DNA of 52,588 bases from Desulfobacteraceae bacterium (GTDB lineage: Bacteria; Desulfobacterota; Desulfobacteria; Desulfobacterales; JAABSP01): contig JAABTD010000008.1 in assembly GCA_011390065.1 (NCBI GenBank), positions 1-52,588 of the forward strand. Direction: 5' to 3'. The notes beneath the pieces are model-generated. The model saw only the letters and a program-made list of their open reading frames with translations. It had not been told where the DNA came from and searched no databases. A program made the position numbers and the translations under genes. Shown piece after piece: positions 18,866-30,662 of this stretch (positions are counted from its first letter, which is position 1; every line of letters begins with the position of its first letter).

Positions 18866-20288
18866 CCCCGCGACGCCGGACATGGACGCCGGGCAGAACG
18901 GCCCGCAACGCATCTCGACAGGATCCGGCCAGCAGGGACCGGTCCACACCGGCATGCGGCCGGGCAGCGACAGGGTCCTGGCCCGCTTTATCCGGCTCTG
19001 TTCGGCGGTGCTGGCGACGCCTGTACCCCAGGAAGCCGCGGCCCTCATCGTCAACCGGATTGCCGAAATCGCCCCCATGGATCGCGCCGTGCTGGTGCGC
19101 CTGCATGGCAAGGGCGCCATCCAGGCGGTGACCGGGGGCGGAAAAACAGCCCAGGACAGCCGCTTCGCCGATGCAGTGGAAAGCGTCCGAAAACAGTACC
19201 GGGACCGGCAGACGGCTCTGATCCTGCCGCCGGCGGCCGACGGAGGCCGGATGAACGCGGCCCTGCACACTGTCCAGTCCGCCATGGGGGGAACCCAGAT
19301 CCTGTGGCTTCCGCTCTGGATGGACCGGGAGGGGACGGCGCCCCCGGCTTACGCCCTGTGGCTGGAGCGGTGGCGGAACCGGCCCTGGGAGAAGTCGGAC
19401 GTGGAACTGCTGGGTCATGCGGCCCTGTTCATGGCGCATGGACTGGCCCGGCCCCGGGCCGAGGCCAATCGGTCCAGGAAGCGGTGGGTCCGGTCCGCGG
19501 CGGCCTTGTTGCTGATCCTGCTGATGGCCCTGCCCGTGACCTCCAATGTGACGGCGCCGGTGCGGGTCGCTCCGGATCGTCCCCACCACATTTTCGCTCC
19601 CATGGACGGCATCCTCAAAGAACTCCATGTCCAGCCGGGGCAGTGGGTCAAAAAGAACGACGTCCTGTTTCGCTATGACGCCCGGGTGCTGGAAAAGCGG
19701 CTGGACGAAGCGCATCGGAACGTGGCCGTGGCCCGGGCCAAGCTGGCCAAGCTGGAGGGCGCGGCCCATCGGGACCGGGAGGCCCGGGCGGAACTGCCGG
19801 TCCAGCGGCTGGAGGTGGAAAGAGCCGAAGCGGATGCCGCGTTTTACGCCAGGCAGCGATCCCGGGCCGCAGTGCGCAGCGGACAGGCCGGGGTCGTTGT
19901 ACTGGATGATCCCGATGCCCTGGTGGGCGCGGCGCTTCAGACCGGTCAGGCGGTGCTGAGCGTGGCGGATCCGGATCGGACCAAGCTCCGGCTGTGGGTT
20001 CCGGCCAGCGATGTGGGGTTTATCCGGAAGGGCGCCCGGGCCGCCGCCCGGTTGGACAGCGCGCCGTTTCGCAGCATTCCGGCGGTGATCGCCCGGGTGG
20101 GCTTCGACATTCAGCTGTCGCCGGAAGGGGTCCCATCGGTCATGGCCGAGGCCATCTGGACCGGGGAAGGCGCAGAGGTCCAGCCGGGTCAGAAAGGCGC
20201 CGCCAAAATTTACGGGGATTCCACCTTCCTCGGAATGCAGATTCTCAGAAAGCCCCTGATTGCTTTACGGTCGCTCATCGGGTTTTAG
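18855..20288 (+). CDS. HlyD-family periplasmic adaptor with N-terminal cytoplasmic GAF-like region
   Basis: An N-terminal soluble domain of ~210 aa, one TM helix, then IFAPMDGILKELHVQPGQWVKKNDVLF, a coiled coil and VQPGQKGAAKIYG. The GAF-like call is tentative. Confidence 0.8.
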   Translation: MTASPATPDMDAGQNGPQRISTGSGQQGPVHTGMRPGSDRVLARFIRLCSAVLATPVPQEAAALIVNRIAEIAPMDRAVLVRLHGKGAIQAVTGGGKTAQDSRFADAVESVRKQYRDRQTALILPPAADGGRMNAALHTVQSAMGGTQILWLPLWMDREGTAPPAYALWLERWRNRPWEKSDVELLGHAALFMAHGLARPRAEANRSRKRWVRSAAALLLILLMALPVTSNVTAPVRVAPDRPHHIFAPMDGILKELHVQPGQWVKKNDVLFRYDARVLEKRLDEAHRNVAVARAKLAKLEGAAHRDREARAELPVQRLEVERAEADAAFYARQRSRAAVRSGQAGVVVLDDPDALVGAALQTGQAVLSVADPDRTKLRLWVPASDVGFIRKGARAAARLDSAPFRSIPAVIARVGFDIQLSPEGVPSVMAEAIWTGEGAEVQPGQKGAAKIYGDSTFLGMQILRKPLIALRSLIGF

Positions 20289-20339
20289 AACCGAAACAGG
20301 GGGTTTCGGGACGCCGGATCGATTGAAAAGGCGCATTGC

Positions 20340-20368
20340 TTGACAAAGCCGGAAGATGCCGGTAGGTT
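20340..20368 (+). promoter_or_regulatory. Candidate sigma70 promoter for yqgE/algH
   Basis: TTGACA-N17-TAGGTT. Confidence 0.55.
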
Positions 20369-20413
20369 GGCCTGAAAAAGAGGATGATCGTTTAGCGGAA
20401 GTGGAGGAACCTC

Positions 20414-20983
20414 ATGGAAAACGCATATCCGGCCTCGCTGAAAGGCCAGTTTCTCATGTCCATGCCGGGCATGTTGGATCCGAATTTCTCACGGACCGTC
20501 ACCTGCATCTGCGAGCACACGGCCGAGGGCGCCGTCGGCATCGTCGTAAACCGCGCGCATGAATTTCTGCACGCCAAAGAGATGTTCGAGGAATTGAACC
20601 TGTCCTATATGCCGGAAAGCGCCCGAATGCCGATCTATGTCGGCGGTCCGGTCCACACCAACGAGGTGTTTATCCTGCACGGCCCGCCATTTGAATGGGA
20701 GGCTTGTCTGGCCATTACCCCGACCCTGGCCATGAGCAACAGCATGGACATCCTTCGGGCCATCGCCAATGGCTCGGGCCCGACGTCTTCGGCCATCTGC
20801 ATCGGATGCGCCGGATGGGGTCCGTTCCAACTGGAGGGGGAACTCCGGCAGAACGCGTGGCTGAATGGGCCGGTTGACGAAGCCCTGATTTTTGATATCT
20901 CCGTGGAACTGCGATGGGAGGAGGCGATCAAGGGAATCGGCATCGATCCGGCATTGCTGTCGGATACGGCCGGCCACGCCTGA
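20414..20983 (+). CDS. algH: YqgE/AlgH family protein (UPF0301)
   Basis: DPNFSRTV, GAVGIVVNR, YVGGPV, GCAGWGPFQLEGE and C-terminal AGHA. Confidence 0.92.
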   Translation: MENAYPASLKGQFLMSMPGMLDPNFSRTVTCICEHTAEGAVGIVVNRAHEFLHAKEMFEELNLSYMPESARMPIYVGGPVHTNEVFILHGPPFEWEACLAITPTLAMSNSMDILRAIANGSGPTSSAICIGCAGWGPFQLEGELRQNAWLNGPVDEALIFDISVELRWEEAIKGIGIDPALLSDTAGHA

Positions 20984-20996
20984 TATCCGGTCGGCG

Positions 20997-21158
20997 CTAT
21001 TCGGGTTTTTCTTCAGCATCAGCCTTTGACTTCGGTCGGGGCTTTTTCTTTTTAAGGCAGGTTTTGTCCCTTCTGGCGAACGCACAAAGTTTGGGGTTGT
21101 GATATTCCTTGCAGTTCAAAGGATTATATAGGGGACATTCGGGATGTTTTTCTGACAT
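20997..21158 (-). CDS. Small (53 aa) four-Cys, Lys-rich hypothetical protein
   Basis: MSEKHPECPLYNPLNCKEYHNPKLCAFARRDKTCLKKKK... It fills the gap, with AAGGA upstream; the longer ORF call overlaps the next gene. Confidence 0.6.
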   Translation of the reverse strand: MSEKHPECPLYNPLNCKEYHNPKLCAFARRDKTCLKKKKPRPKSKADAEEKPE

Positions 21159-21318
21159 AAATGAGTCGGTTCCTTGTGCATCTGAAAGCAATTGCCGTGG
21201 TGAGATGTTTTGTAACACAGAAACGGCGTATTCACAAGGGGGCTGCCGGCGCTCGCAGTCCTTCAAGATCATCAGAGGCGCGGCGTCACGCGGCAATTCG
21301 ATCTGAAAGGAGTGAATC

Positions 21319-22110
21319 ATGAGCGAACAACCGGATATGGCGAAGTTGAAAGAGCGCCTCATCGAGCGGCGTCAGGAGATATTCGAACGACGGCATCAGC
21401 ACCAGGATACATGGGAACGGCTCCATGAGGCGGAAAACGAGTTTGAGGAGACCGCCCAGAAAGCCCATATGTCCCAAGGGCTGGCCCAGCTGGATGCATC
21501 GGAGAAAAACGAGATCGAGGCCATTGACCGGGCCCTCGGCCGGTTGGAGACCGGCGATTACGGGGTCTGCCAGGGATGCGGCGGCCGCATCGCGTTGAGG
21601 CGGCTGGAGGCCCTTCCCTTTGTCCCCTATTGCACGCGGTGCGCCGAACGGCTGGAGCAGGGACGGCCCCTTCCCAGCGAGGAGGTGGAAACGGAGGAAA
21701 TCTCGGATCTGCTGCCGCCGGATTATGCGGGGATGACCGATGACCAGCTTGCCGATGCGGTCTACGACGAACTGGAAAAGGACAGGCGGGTGGAACTGGA
21801 TGAACTCGACGTCAGCTGCGACGAGGGCGTGATCCATTTGACAGGAGCGCTGCCATCGGAGCCCAAGCGGGAAATTCTGCACGAGATTGTGGAAGATGTC
21901 ATGGGGCTGCCGGAGGTGGTGGACCAGATCCGGATCGATCCGACCCTCTGGCAGCGGGGGGAATCGGTGACTCCGGCGACGGGGAAGCGGTCCAAAGCCG
22001 GTATTCTGATGGAGGGAGAAGAATCGGAGGACGAGGGAGAGGACGTCTATGCGGCTGAGCGGGACGGCGACCCCCTTCGGCCCCCGGACGAAATGGTCCC
22101 GGAACGTTAG
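21319..22110 (+). CDS. DksA/TraR C4 zinc-finger protein fused to a BON-like domain and acidic tail
   Basis: AAGGAG RBS. A coiled coil followed by YGVCQGCG..I...RLEALP...YCTRC, then BON-like DELDVSCDEGVIHLTG...GLPEVVDQIRI. Confidence 0.8.
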   Translation: MSEQPDMAKLKERLIERRQEIFERRHQHQDTWERLHEAENEFEETAQKAHMSQGLAQLDASEKNEIEAIDRALGRLETGDYGVCQGCGGRIALRRLEALPFVPYCTRCAERLEQGRPLPSEEVETEEISDLLPPDYAGMTDDQLADAVYDELEKDRRVELDELDVSCDEGVIHLTGALPSEPKREILHEIVEDVMGLPEVVDQIRIDPTLWQRGESVTPATGKRSKAGILMEGEESEDEGEDVYAAERDGDPLRPPDEMVPER

Positions 22111-22203
22111 AGGGCCGTTTCAACCTGACGGGGGACCGATTCTCCGGCGGTCGACCCGGCCCCGCCCGTACGCCTGCTGCCATTTCACTGCGATTTCAAC
22201 TAA

Positions 22204-22806
22204 CTATCGACTCCGCCCATTGACAATGAGCTTCTGGCCCGGACGGATCAGTGCGCCGGCTTCGAGGTTGTTCAACCGGCGGACTTCTTCGACCGAAATA
22301 TCATACCGGCGGCTGATCTGATAAAGGGTCTCTCCGGCCTTGACTTCATGATAATCAACCCTGGTTTTAGGGGTGGTGGGGCGCTTGACCGGCGGCGCGG
22401 CCTGGGATGCGGACGTGTCGCCATCCCCTTCTTTTTTGGTGATCGTTTTTTTTTCGGGAACCGCTTCGGTTTTCCCTCCGGAACCAACGAGTTGTTGCTG
22501 AAGGTTGGCCAGCTGCTTTTCCAGAGCGTCGATCCGTTCGGGCACGGCGTCTTGGATGAGATTCACTTTATGGGTCAGCATCTCGATGACGTCGTCCTGC
22601 TGACGGATGCGGGAAACGGCCTGATTCATTTCCTGAATTCGGATCTCCAGGGCGCTGACGGCATTTTCCAGGCGCATCAGTCGATCCTCCTCATTCGGAC
22701 CCCTTGTGAGAAAGACCCCGATGATGATGACGAGAACCAGCAACGCGGAACCTGCCAGGATCAGCGGCATCTGAGCTTCGCTGAGGGGGCGTTTTAATCG
22801 GTTCAT
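22204..22806 (-). CDS. Membrane-anchored coiled-coil protein with C-terminal LysM domain
   Basis: N-terminal TM helix, heptad region, then YHEVKAGETLYQISRRYDISVEEVRRLNNL...IRPGQKL. Confidence 0.88.
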   Translation of the reverse strand: MNRLKRPLSEAQMPLILAGSALLVLVIIIGVFLTRGPNEEDRLMRLENAVSALEIRIQEMNQAVSRIRQQDDVIEMLTHKVNLIQDAVPERIDALEKQLANLQQQLVGSGGKTEAVPEKKTITKKEGDGDTSASQAAPPVKRPTTPKTRVDYHEVKAGETLYQISRRYDISVEEVRRLNNLEAGALIRPGQKLIVNGRSR

Positions 22807-22962
22807 TTTCTTCTCTTGGATTTGGTGGTTTGTGAATACAATCAGGGGCTGCGGCCCATGGGCCATCCATTCTCTTGCAAATTCATACCATTTGTTTTAT
22901 TGTGGTTTCAAGCTTTTTTCGGGGCAATAACCTTCATTCGTAAAGATAACAGCGGAATAGAG

Positions 22963-23721
22963 ATGCGAAATAGTGAAACCATAAACATCGGGAAAAGGTC
23001 GCAGACGCGCATGGTCCCTGTTCCCTGGCGATGGTGGATGTTGCTGCTGGTCGCCCTGGCGTGGTTGCCGTCCATCGGGTTCAACCCGTCCGTCGCCGCC
23101 GCCGATACCGATCTGACCGTGGACGTCAAAGGGGGGAGACTGACGATCATGGCCGAAAAGGTTCAGCTCAAAGAGATTCTGGACGGCATCTACGACGCCT
23201 ATCCTCTGACCGTGACGGGCCTGGAGGCGCGATCTAGTGAAATCATTGATTTTAAAGCTGAAAATCAGCCCCCGGAAAAGATGTTCAAGCGGCTTTTGCG
23301 ACAGCTTGGAGAGAAAAACTACGCCTTCGAATTCAAGGGGCAGCGACTGAGCCGGATCTCGGTCATGCCCGAAGCCGGCGCCGGCGCCGCGCCGCGGCCG
23401 GTCCCGCCCCGGGAGACCCCATCGGTTCCGGCGGAAGACCTCGTCTCGGTGGTCCGGGTGGATCGCGTTATCGACGGGAGCCAGGCTCAGGATATGGGCG
23501 TTCAGAGCAACGATCTGGTCATTGAATACGACGGAATCAAGATCTCTCAGCCCGGCGACCTCATCCGGGAGGTGAAGCAGAAATCCGACAGCCCCAGCGT
23601 CGGCATGGTGCTGTTGAGGGACGGCGCGCCACTCCAGTTGACCCTCGCCGGCGGCTTCATCGGCATCCACATCGTTCCCCATAAAGTGCCGAGAGAAACG
23701 GTGGCGGGTTATATCGACTGA
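22963..23721 (+). CDS. Exported protein with N0/STN-like N-terminal domain and C-terminal PDZ domain
   Basis: A signal peptide ending AAA, then LTIMAEKVQLKEIL (secretin N0-like) and PDZ-like VIDGSQAQDMGVQSNDLVIEYDG. Start uncertain (22963 or 23011). Confidence 0.65.
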   Translation: MRNSETINIGKRSQTRMVPVPWRWWMLLLVALAWLPSIGFNPSVAAADTDLTVDVKGGRLTIMAEKVQLKEILDGIYDAYPLTVTGLEARSSEIIDFKAENQPPEKMFKRLLRQLGEKNYAFEFKGQRLSRISVMPEAGAGAAPRPVPPRETPSVPAEDLVSVVRVDRVIDGSQAQDMGVQSNDLVIEYDGIKISQPGDLIREVKQKSDSPSVGMVLLRDGAPLQLTLAGGFIGIHIVPHKVPRETVAGYID

Positions 23722-23753
23722 AAACGCCGATCTAAATCCAAGGAAAAGACGAG

Positions 23754-25583
23754 ATGGGAAAATCGACCAAAGACGACGCGACAGACGACGTTCGCGCCAG
23801 CGGTCAGGACACCCCCTACCAGGAAACCGTGGTGCTTTCCAAAAGGGAAGAGACGCCATTCGTCGGCGACCGGTCCGGCGAATCCGTGGACGACTACCAG
23901 GCTACGGTGGCGCTTCCCCGGGAAACCTATGACGTCGAAAACGACGTGACGGTGAGAACCCTCGAAGACATGCACCAGGAGACGGTTGCCATTTCACGGG
24001 AGGCCATGGGCGTCCAGCCGGATGCAGGGCCCGAAGATTTTTCAGCCACGGATACGGAAAAGTTTTTTTTCCGCCGTCTGGTGGCCAAGAATCACGGGGA
24101 CCGCAAATATCGTTTTTTGGGGAAGCTGGTGGCCGGCGGCATGGGGGCGATCCTCAGAGTGCTGGATCAGGATCTCCAGCGCACTTCGGCCATGAAGGTG
24201 GTTCTGCCGGCTTTCAAAAACCGGGAGGATGCCTTGACCGGGTTTATCGCCGAGGCCAAGATTACCGGATTGCTGGAGCATCCCAACGTTATCCCGGTCC
24301 ACGAACTGGGACTGACCGAGGATGAAGGCGTTTACTTTACCATGAAGCTGGCCCAGGGGGAAGCCCTCAACGAGATCCTCGATCGACTCCGGTCAGGGGA
24401 TCCCGAAGCCCTCGAAACCTTTACCACTTACCCCCTTCTGAGCATTTTCAGAAAGGTGTGCGACGCCGTCTCTTACGCGCATTCCAAAAACATTATCCAT
24501 CAGGACATCAAGCCGCACAACATCATGGTCGGGCAATACGGAGAGGTGCTCCTCATGGACTGGGGCCTTGCGCGCTACATCGGCGATCCGGACAAAGAAC
24601 CCGATCCCGGACAGCGGGAGCTGATCAAGGACTTTCTCGGCATCCTCAAAAGCGACGACGACGTTATAAAGGGCTCTCCGGTCTATATGGCGCCGGAACA
24701 GGTGATGGGCGTAGGGGCCGGCCTGGATAAGCAAACGGATATTTTTTTGCTGGGCGCCGCCATGTACCATGCGTTCACCCTGACCCCGCCTTATTTCGGC
24801 GGCAGCATCCAGGCGGTTTTTGAGAAGGCCCGGAACGTCGACCTGATCCCGCCCGACCGCAGAACGCCGGAACGCCAGATTCCGGAAGAGATCTGCCGGA
24901 TCATCCTCAAAGCCATGGCCGCCGACAAAGCCGACCGGTACGAGACGGTGGAGGCGATGGGCGAGGATATCGACGACCTCATCGCCGGCAAATGGTCCCG
25001 ACAGGAGAAAAAGCGTTTCGCCGCCGGCGAGACGCTCATGACGGAAGGGGAGGTCGGAAACGAAGCCTACCTCATCCTGAGCGGCAAAGTCCAGGTCGTC
25101 AAAGGGACGGGGGAGGGCGCCGTTGTTCTCTCCACCCTCGGTCCCGGAGACATTGTGGGCGAAATGTCGCTGATTGCGCAGGCGCCCCGCTCGGCGGGGG
25201 TCAAGGCCCTGGAGGAGACCGAGGCGGCCGTGCTGACGCAGCATCTGCTGACCCAGAACCTCAAGAAGCTGCCGCCCTATATGGAAAAGATCGTTGCCAC
25301 ATTGACCGACCGGCTCCGGATTGCCAATGAAAACATCCATCCCCATGCCGCCGCCGACCCAACCGGCGTGATCATCAAGCAGCTCCGCCTCCTCCTGAGA
25401 TACCGCGCAGGAAATGGGCGGAAAGCGGCCTTGGCCCCTCTGATGGAGATGGTTCAGGAGATCGCTCATGACTTGGGTCTCCCGGGTTCCCGGGTGAAGG
25501 AGGTTCTGACCCGGGCCGGTGAACAGGGCCTCATCATCGTCCGCGGGGACCATGTCGCTCTGGATGATGCCGCAATCCTCTGA
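23754..25583 (+). CDS. Hanks-type Ser/Thr kinase with C-terminal cyclic-nucleotide-binding domain
   Basis: AGGMG, AMK, LEHPNV, HQDIKPHN, DWG and YMAPEQ. The cNMP domain has EGEVGNEAYLILSGKV...GEMSL...PRSA. Confidence 0.92.
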   Translation: MGKSTKDDATDDVRASGQDTPYQETVVLSKREETPFVGDRSGESVDDYQATVALPRETYDVENDVTVRTLEDMHQETVAISREAMGVQPDAGPEDFSATDTEKFFFRRLVAKNHGDRKYRFLGKLVAGGMGAILRVLDQDLQRTSAMKVVLPAFKNREDALTGFIAEAKITGLLEHPNVIPVHELGLTEDEGVYFTMKLAQGEALNEILDRLRSGDPEALETFTTYPLLSIFRKVCDAVSYAHSKNIIHQDIKPHNIMVGQYGEVLLMDWGLARYIGDPDKEPDPGQRELIKDFLGILKSDDDVIKGSPVYMAPEQVMGVGAGLDKQTDIFLLGAAMYHAFTLTPPYFGGSIQAVFEKARNVDLIPPDRRTPERQIPEEICRIILKAMAADKADRYETVEAMGEDIDDLIAGKWSRQEKKRFAAGETLMTEGEVGNEAYLILSGKVQVVKGTGEGAVVLSTLGPGDIVGEMSLIAQAPRSAGVKALEETEAAVLTQHLLTQNLKKLPPYMEKIVATLTDRLRIANENIHPHAAADPTGVIIKQLRLLLRYRAGNGRKAALAPLMEMVQEIAHDLGLPGSRVKEVLTRAGEQGLIIVRGDHVALDDAAIL

Positions 25584-25606
25584 CGCGGACCCGCCGACCT
25601 GCGCTT

Positions 25607-27010
25607 TCAGCTTTTGAACGCCTCTTTCTGGATATCGTACTTGAGAAGGAGTTTGTGGAGCTGACGGGTGCTGATGCCGGCTTCCGTGGCGGAGCGGTTG
25701 ATTTTGCCCCGGTTCCGGGACAGGAGATCCATGAGATATTGCTGCTCGAAGGCCTCCACGGCGGCTCGGCGGGCGTCCGCAAGGGGGGCTGAGGCGTCCA
25801 CAGGCATCCAGGCGCCGGCCTCCCGGGCGAACAGTTCTGCGGGAAAGCTTTCCGGGGTGAGCACCGGAGACGTTTCCAGGATATAGGCCCTTTCGACGAG
25901 ATTTTCCAGTTCCCGTATATTGCCCGGCCAGTCATACTCCTTCATCGCCTCGATCACATGGGGATGGACTTCCCGGATATCCTTCTGGATATCCCGGTTG
26001 AGCCGTTTCAGGAACACCTCCACAAACAGTGGGATATCTTCCCGCCGCTGCTTGAGCGGCGGAATCTCGATGGGGAAGACATTCAGGCGATAGTAGAGGT
26101 CCTTCCGAAACGACCCTTCCCGGCTCATTTCCCGGAGGTTCTCGTTGGTGGCGGCGATGACCCGGGCGTTGCTTTCGAGCATCTCTTCACCCCCGAGACG
26201 GCTGAAGGTATGGTCCTGGAGCACCTGCAGGAGTTTGGCTTGAGCCGCCGGCGTGATGGTGCCCACCTCGTCCAGAAAAATGGTCCCGTTCCGGGCGATT
26301 TCGAATCTTCCCAGCTTGCGCTTGACGGCGCCGGTGAAAGCGCCTTTTTCGTGGCCGAACAATTCGGCTTCCAGCAGCGTGTCGGGGATGGCGCCGCAGT
26401 GGACGCTGATGAACTGGGCGTTCTCGCGCTGGCTATGGCGATGGATGAGACGCGCCAGGACGCCCTTGCCGGTGCCGGTCTCCCCCGTTAACAAGACGAT
26501 GGTGTTGGTGGGGGCCACAGACCGCACTTTTTCGTAGACCCCCTTCATGATCGCACATTTGGTCTGCACGAGGCAGAGGCTGTCGGCTTTCCAGAACTGT
26601 CCCCTGAGATAATCCAGTTCCGATTGGAGAAGGACGGTATTCTGTATGGTTTCGATCACAAATCTTATCTCTTCCGGATCCAGAGGCAGGGACAGGTAAT
26701 CCCTGGCCCCCGCCTTGACGGCCTGAAAGGCCAGTCGGACCCGTTCCCGTGACGATATCACCACAATCTCCATGGCCGGATAGATGTCCCAGAAGAATTG
26801 CAGCGTCTCCTTGACAGGTCGTTCCGGACGGGTCAACTCCGACATTTCGAGATCCAGCATCACGATGTCGTAACGGCGGTGGTGCAGCTTTTCTCTGGCC
26901 CCTGCCAGATGCCCTGCCCGTTCAATGCGATTGCCGACCGACAGAAGGGATTGTCGGATCAGATCGTATGCGTTGTCTGCTGCTGTGACCACCAAAAACG
27001 ACCGCATCAC
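25607..27010 (-). CDS. Sigma-54-dependent Fis-family (NtrC-like) transcriptional regulator with atypical receiver
   Basis: GETGTGK, ELFGHEKGAFTGA, FLDEV, WPGNIREL and a C-terminal HTH. Confidence 0.93.
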   Translation of the reverse strand: MMRSFLVVTAADNAYDLIRQSLLSVGNRIERAGHLAGAREKLHHRRYDIVMLDLEMSELTRPERPVKETLQFFWDIYPAMEIVVISSRERVRLAFQAVKAGARDYLSLPLDPEEIRFVIETIQNTVLLQSELDYLRGQFWKADSLCLVQTKCAIMKGVYEKVRSVAPTNTIVLLTGETGTGKGVLARLIHRHSQRENAQFISVHCGAIPDTLLEAELFGHEKGAFTGAVKRKLGRFEIARNGTIFLDEVGTITPAAQAKLLQVLQDHTFSRLGGEEMLESNARVIAATNENLREMSREGSFRKDLYYRLNVFPIEIPPLKQRREDIPLFVEVFLKRLNRDIQKDIREVHPHVIEAMKEYDWPGNIRELENLVERAYILETSPVLTPESFPAELFAREAGAWMPVDASAPLADARRAAVEAFEQQYLMDLLSRNRGKINRSATEAGISTRQLHKLLLKYDIQKEAFKS

Positions 27011-27059
27011 CTTCTCCTCATGCGGAGTTGTTCATCATAAAATCCTGACCGGCCAATGG

Positions 27060-27977
27060 TCAGGGGCGACGCGCAGCGCCCGCAAAAAAACCGAGTCGGA
27101 TTTGAAACTGGGAGAGAAGCATGCCTCCCAGCATCAATGCGCACCCTGTCAGGCCGCGCAAGGAGAGCGTCTCACCCAGGATCATCCACCCCGCCAGAGC
27201 CGCGAATGCGGCTTCCAGGCTCAGGATGATGGCTGCATGGGTCGGATGGGCCTTTTGCTGGGCCACCACCTGAAGGGTATAGGCCACGCCCACCGAGCCG
27301 ACGCCCCCGTAGAAGATCGGGACCGCCGCCAGGCGGAGCCCTTCCAGGGCGATGGTCTCCGTCGCCGCGGCGGTGATCAGACTGATCAGTGAACAGGCCA
27401 CGAACTGGCAAAAGGCCAGTTGAACGGCATCGACCCGGGGGGAGAACCGAGCCAGGATGTGAACATGGGCCGCCCAGAAAAATGCACCGATCAGCACCAG
27501 GAAATCGCCGAAGGCGATGGAAATCCCCTGGGTGATGCTCAACAGGTAAAGGCCCCAGGCGGCCAGAACCGCCCCGATCCAGGTCCCCAGATCGGGCCGC
27601 TGGCGCCAGATCAATCCCATGATCGGCACGATCACCACGTAAAGACCGGTGATGAAGCCGGCTTTTCCCGCCGTGGTGTAGACCAGCCCCACCTGCTGGA
27701 GGGAGGCCCCGAAGTACAAGGCCAGCCCGGCGATAATGCCGCCGGAAAGAAGGGTCCCGGCGCCGGCGGCAGGGGGATCCGTTTGACGTCCTTTTCGCCG
27801 GAGATGATTGAAAGCCATCAAAGGAAGGAGAGACAGGCTTCCCAGGGCGAATCGTACGCCGTTGAAGGTGAAAGGCCCCACATGATCCATGCCCACCCGT
27901 TGCGCGACAAAAGCGGAACCCCAAATGGCGGCGGTCAGCAGCAATAGGCAATTGGCTTTGATTGTTTCCGGGTTCAT
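27060..27977 (-). CDS. DMT/EamA family transporter
   Basis: Ten TM helices; AIWGSAFVAQR, TTAGKAGFITGLYVV and AAIILSLE. ATG 27977 follows GGAGAGG. Confidence 0.92.
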   Translation of the reverse strand: MNPETIKANCLLLLTAAIWGSAFVAQRVGMDHVGPFTFNGVRFALGSLSLLPLMAFNHLRRKGRQTDPPAAGAGTLLSGGIIAGLALYFGASLQQVGLVYTTAGKAGFITGLYVVIVPIMGLIWRQRPDLGTWIGAVLAAWGLYLLSITQGISIAFGDFLVLIGAFFWAAHVHILARFSPRVDAVQLAFCQFVACSLISLITAAATETIALEGLRLAAVPIFYGGVGSVGVAYTLQVVAQQKAHPTHAAIILSLEAAFAALAGWMILGETLSLRGLTGCALMLGGMLLSQFQIRLGFFAGAARRP

Positions 27978-28043
27978 TCCCTCTCCAGCCGATCTGATGT
28001 CAACGTTATAGAGGCAGTGCAATAACGCGATTGTCGCCTGTCG

Positions 28044-30575
<2,532 letters not shown>

Positions 30576-30662
30576 GGTATGGTGAATTGACGGATAAACC
30601 TCAATATGAAGCCCATTCTATACATCTTCTGTAAAAATCATTCAATAGGAGAGGGGGAGGAA

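Noticed and set aside
20291-20309. Hairpin CCGAAAC/GTTTCGG after the last MFP gene
   Set aside because: Short stem with no U tract; not supportable as a terminator.
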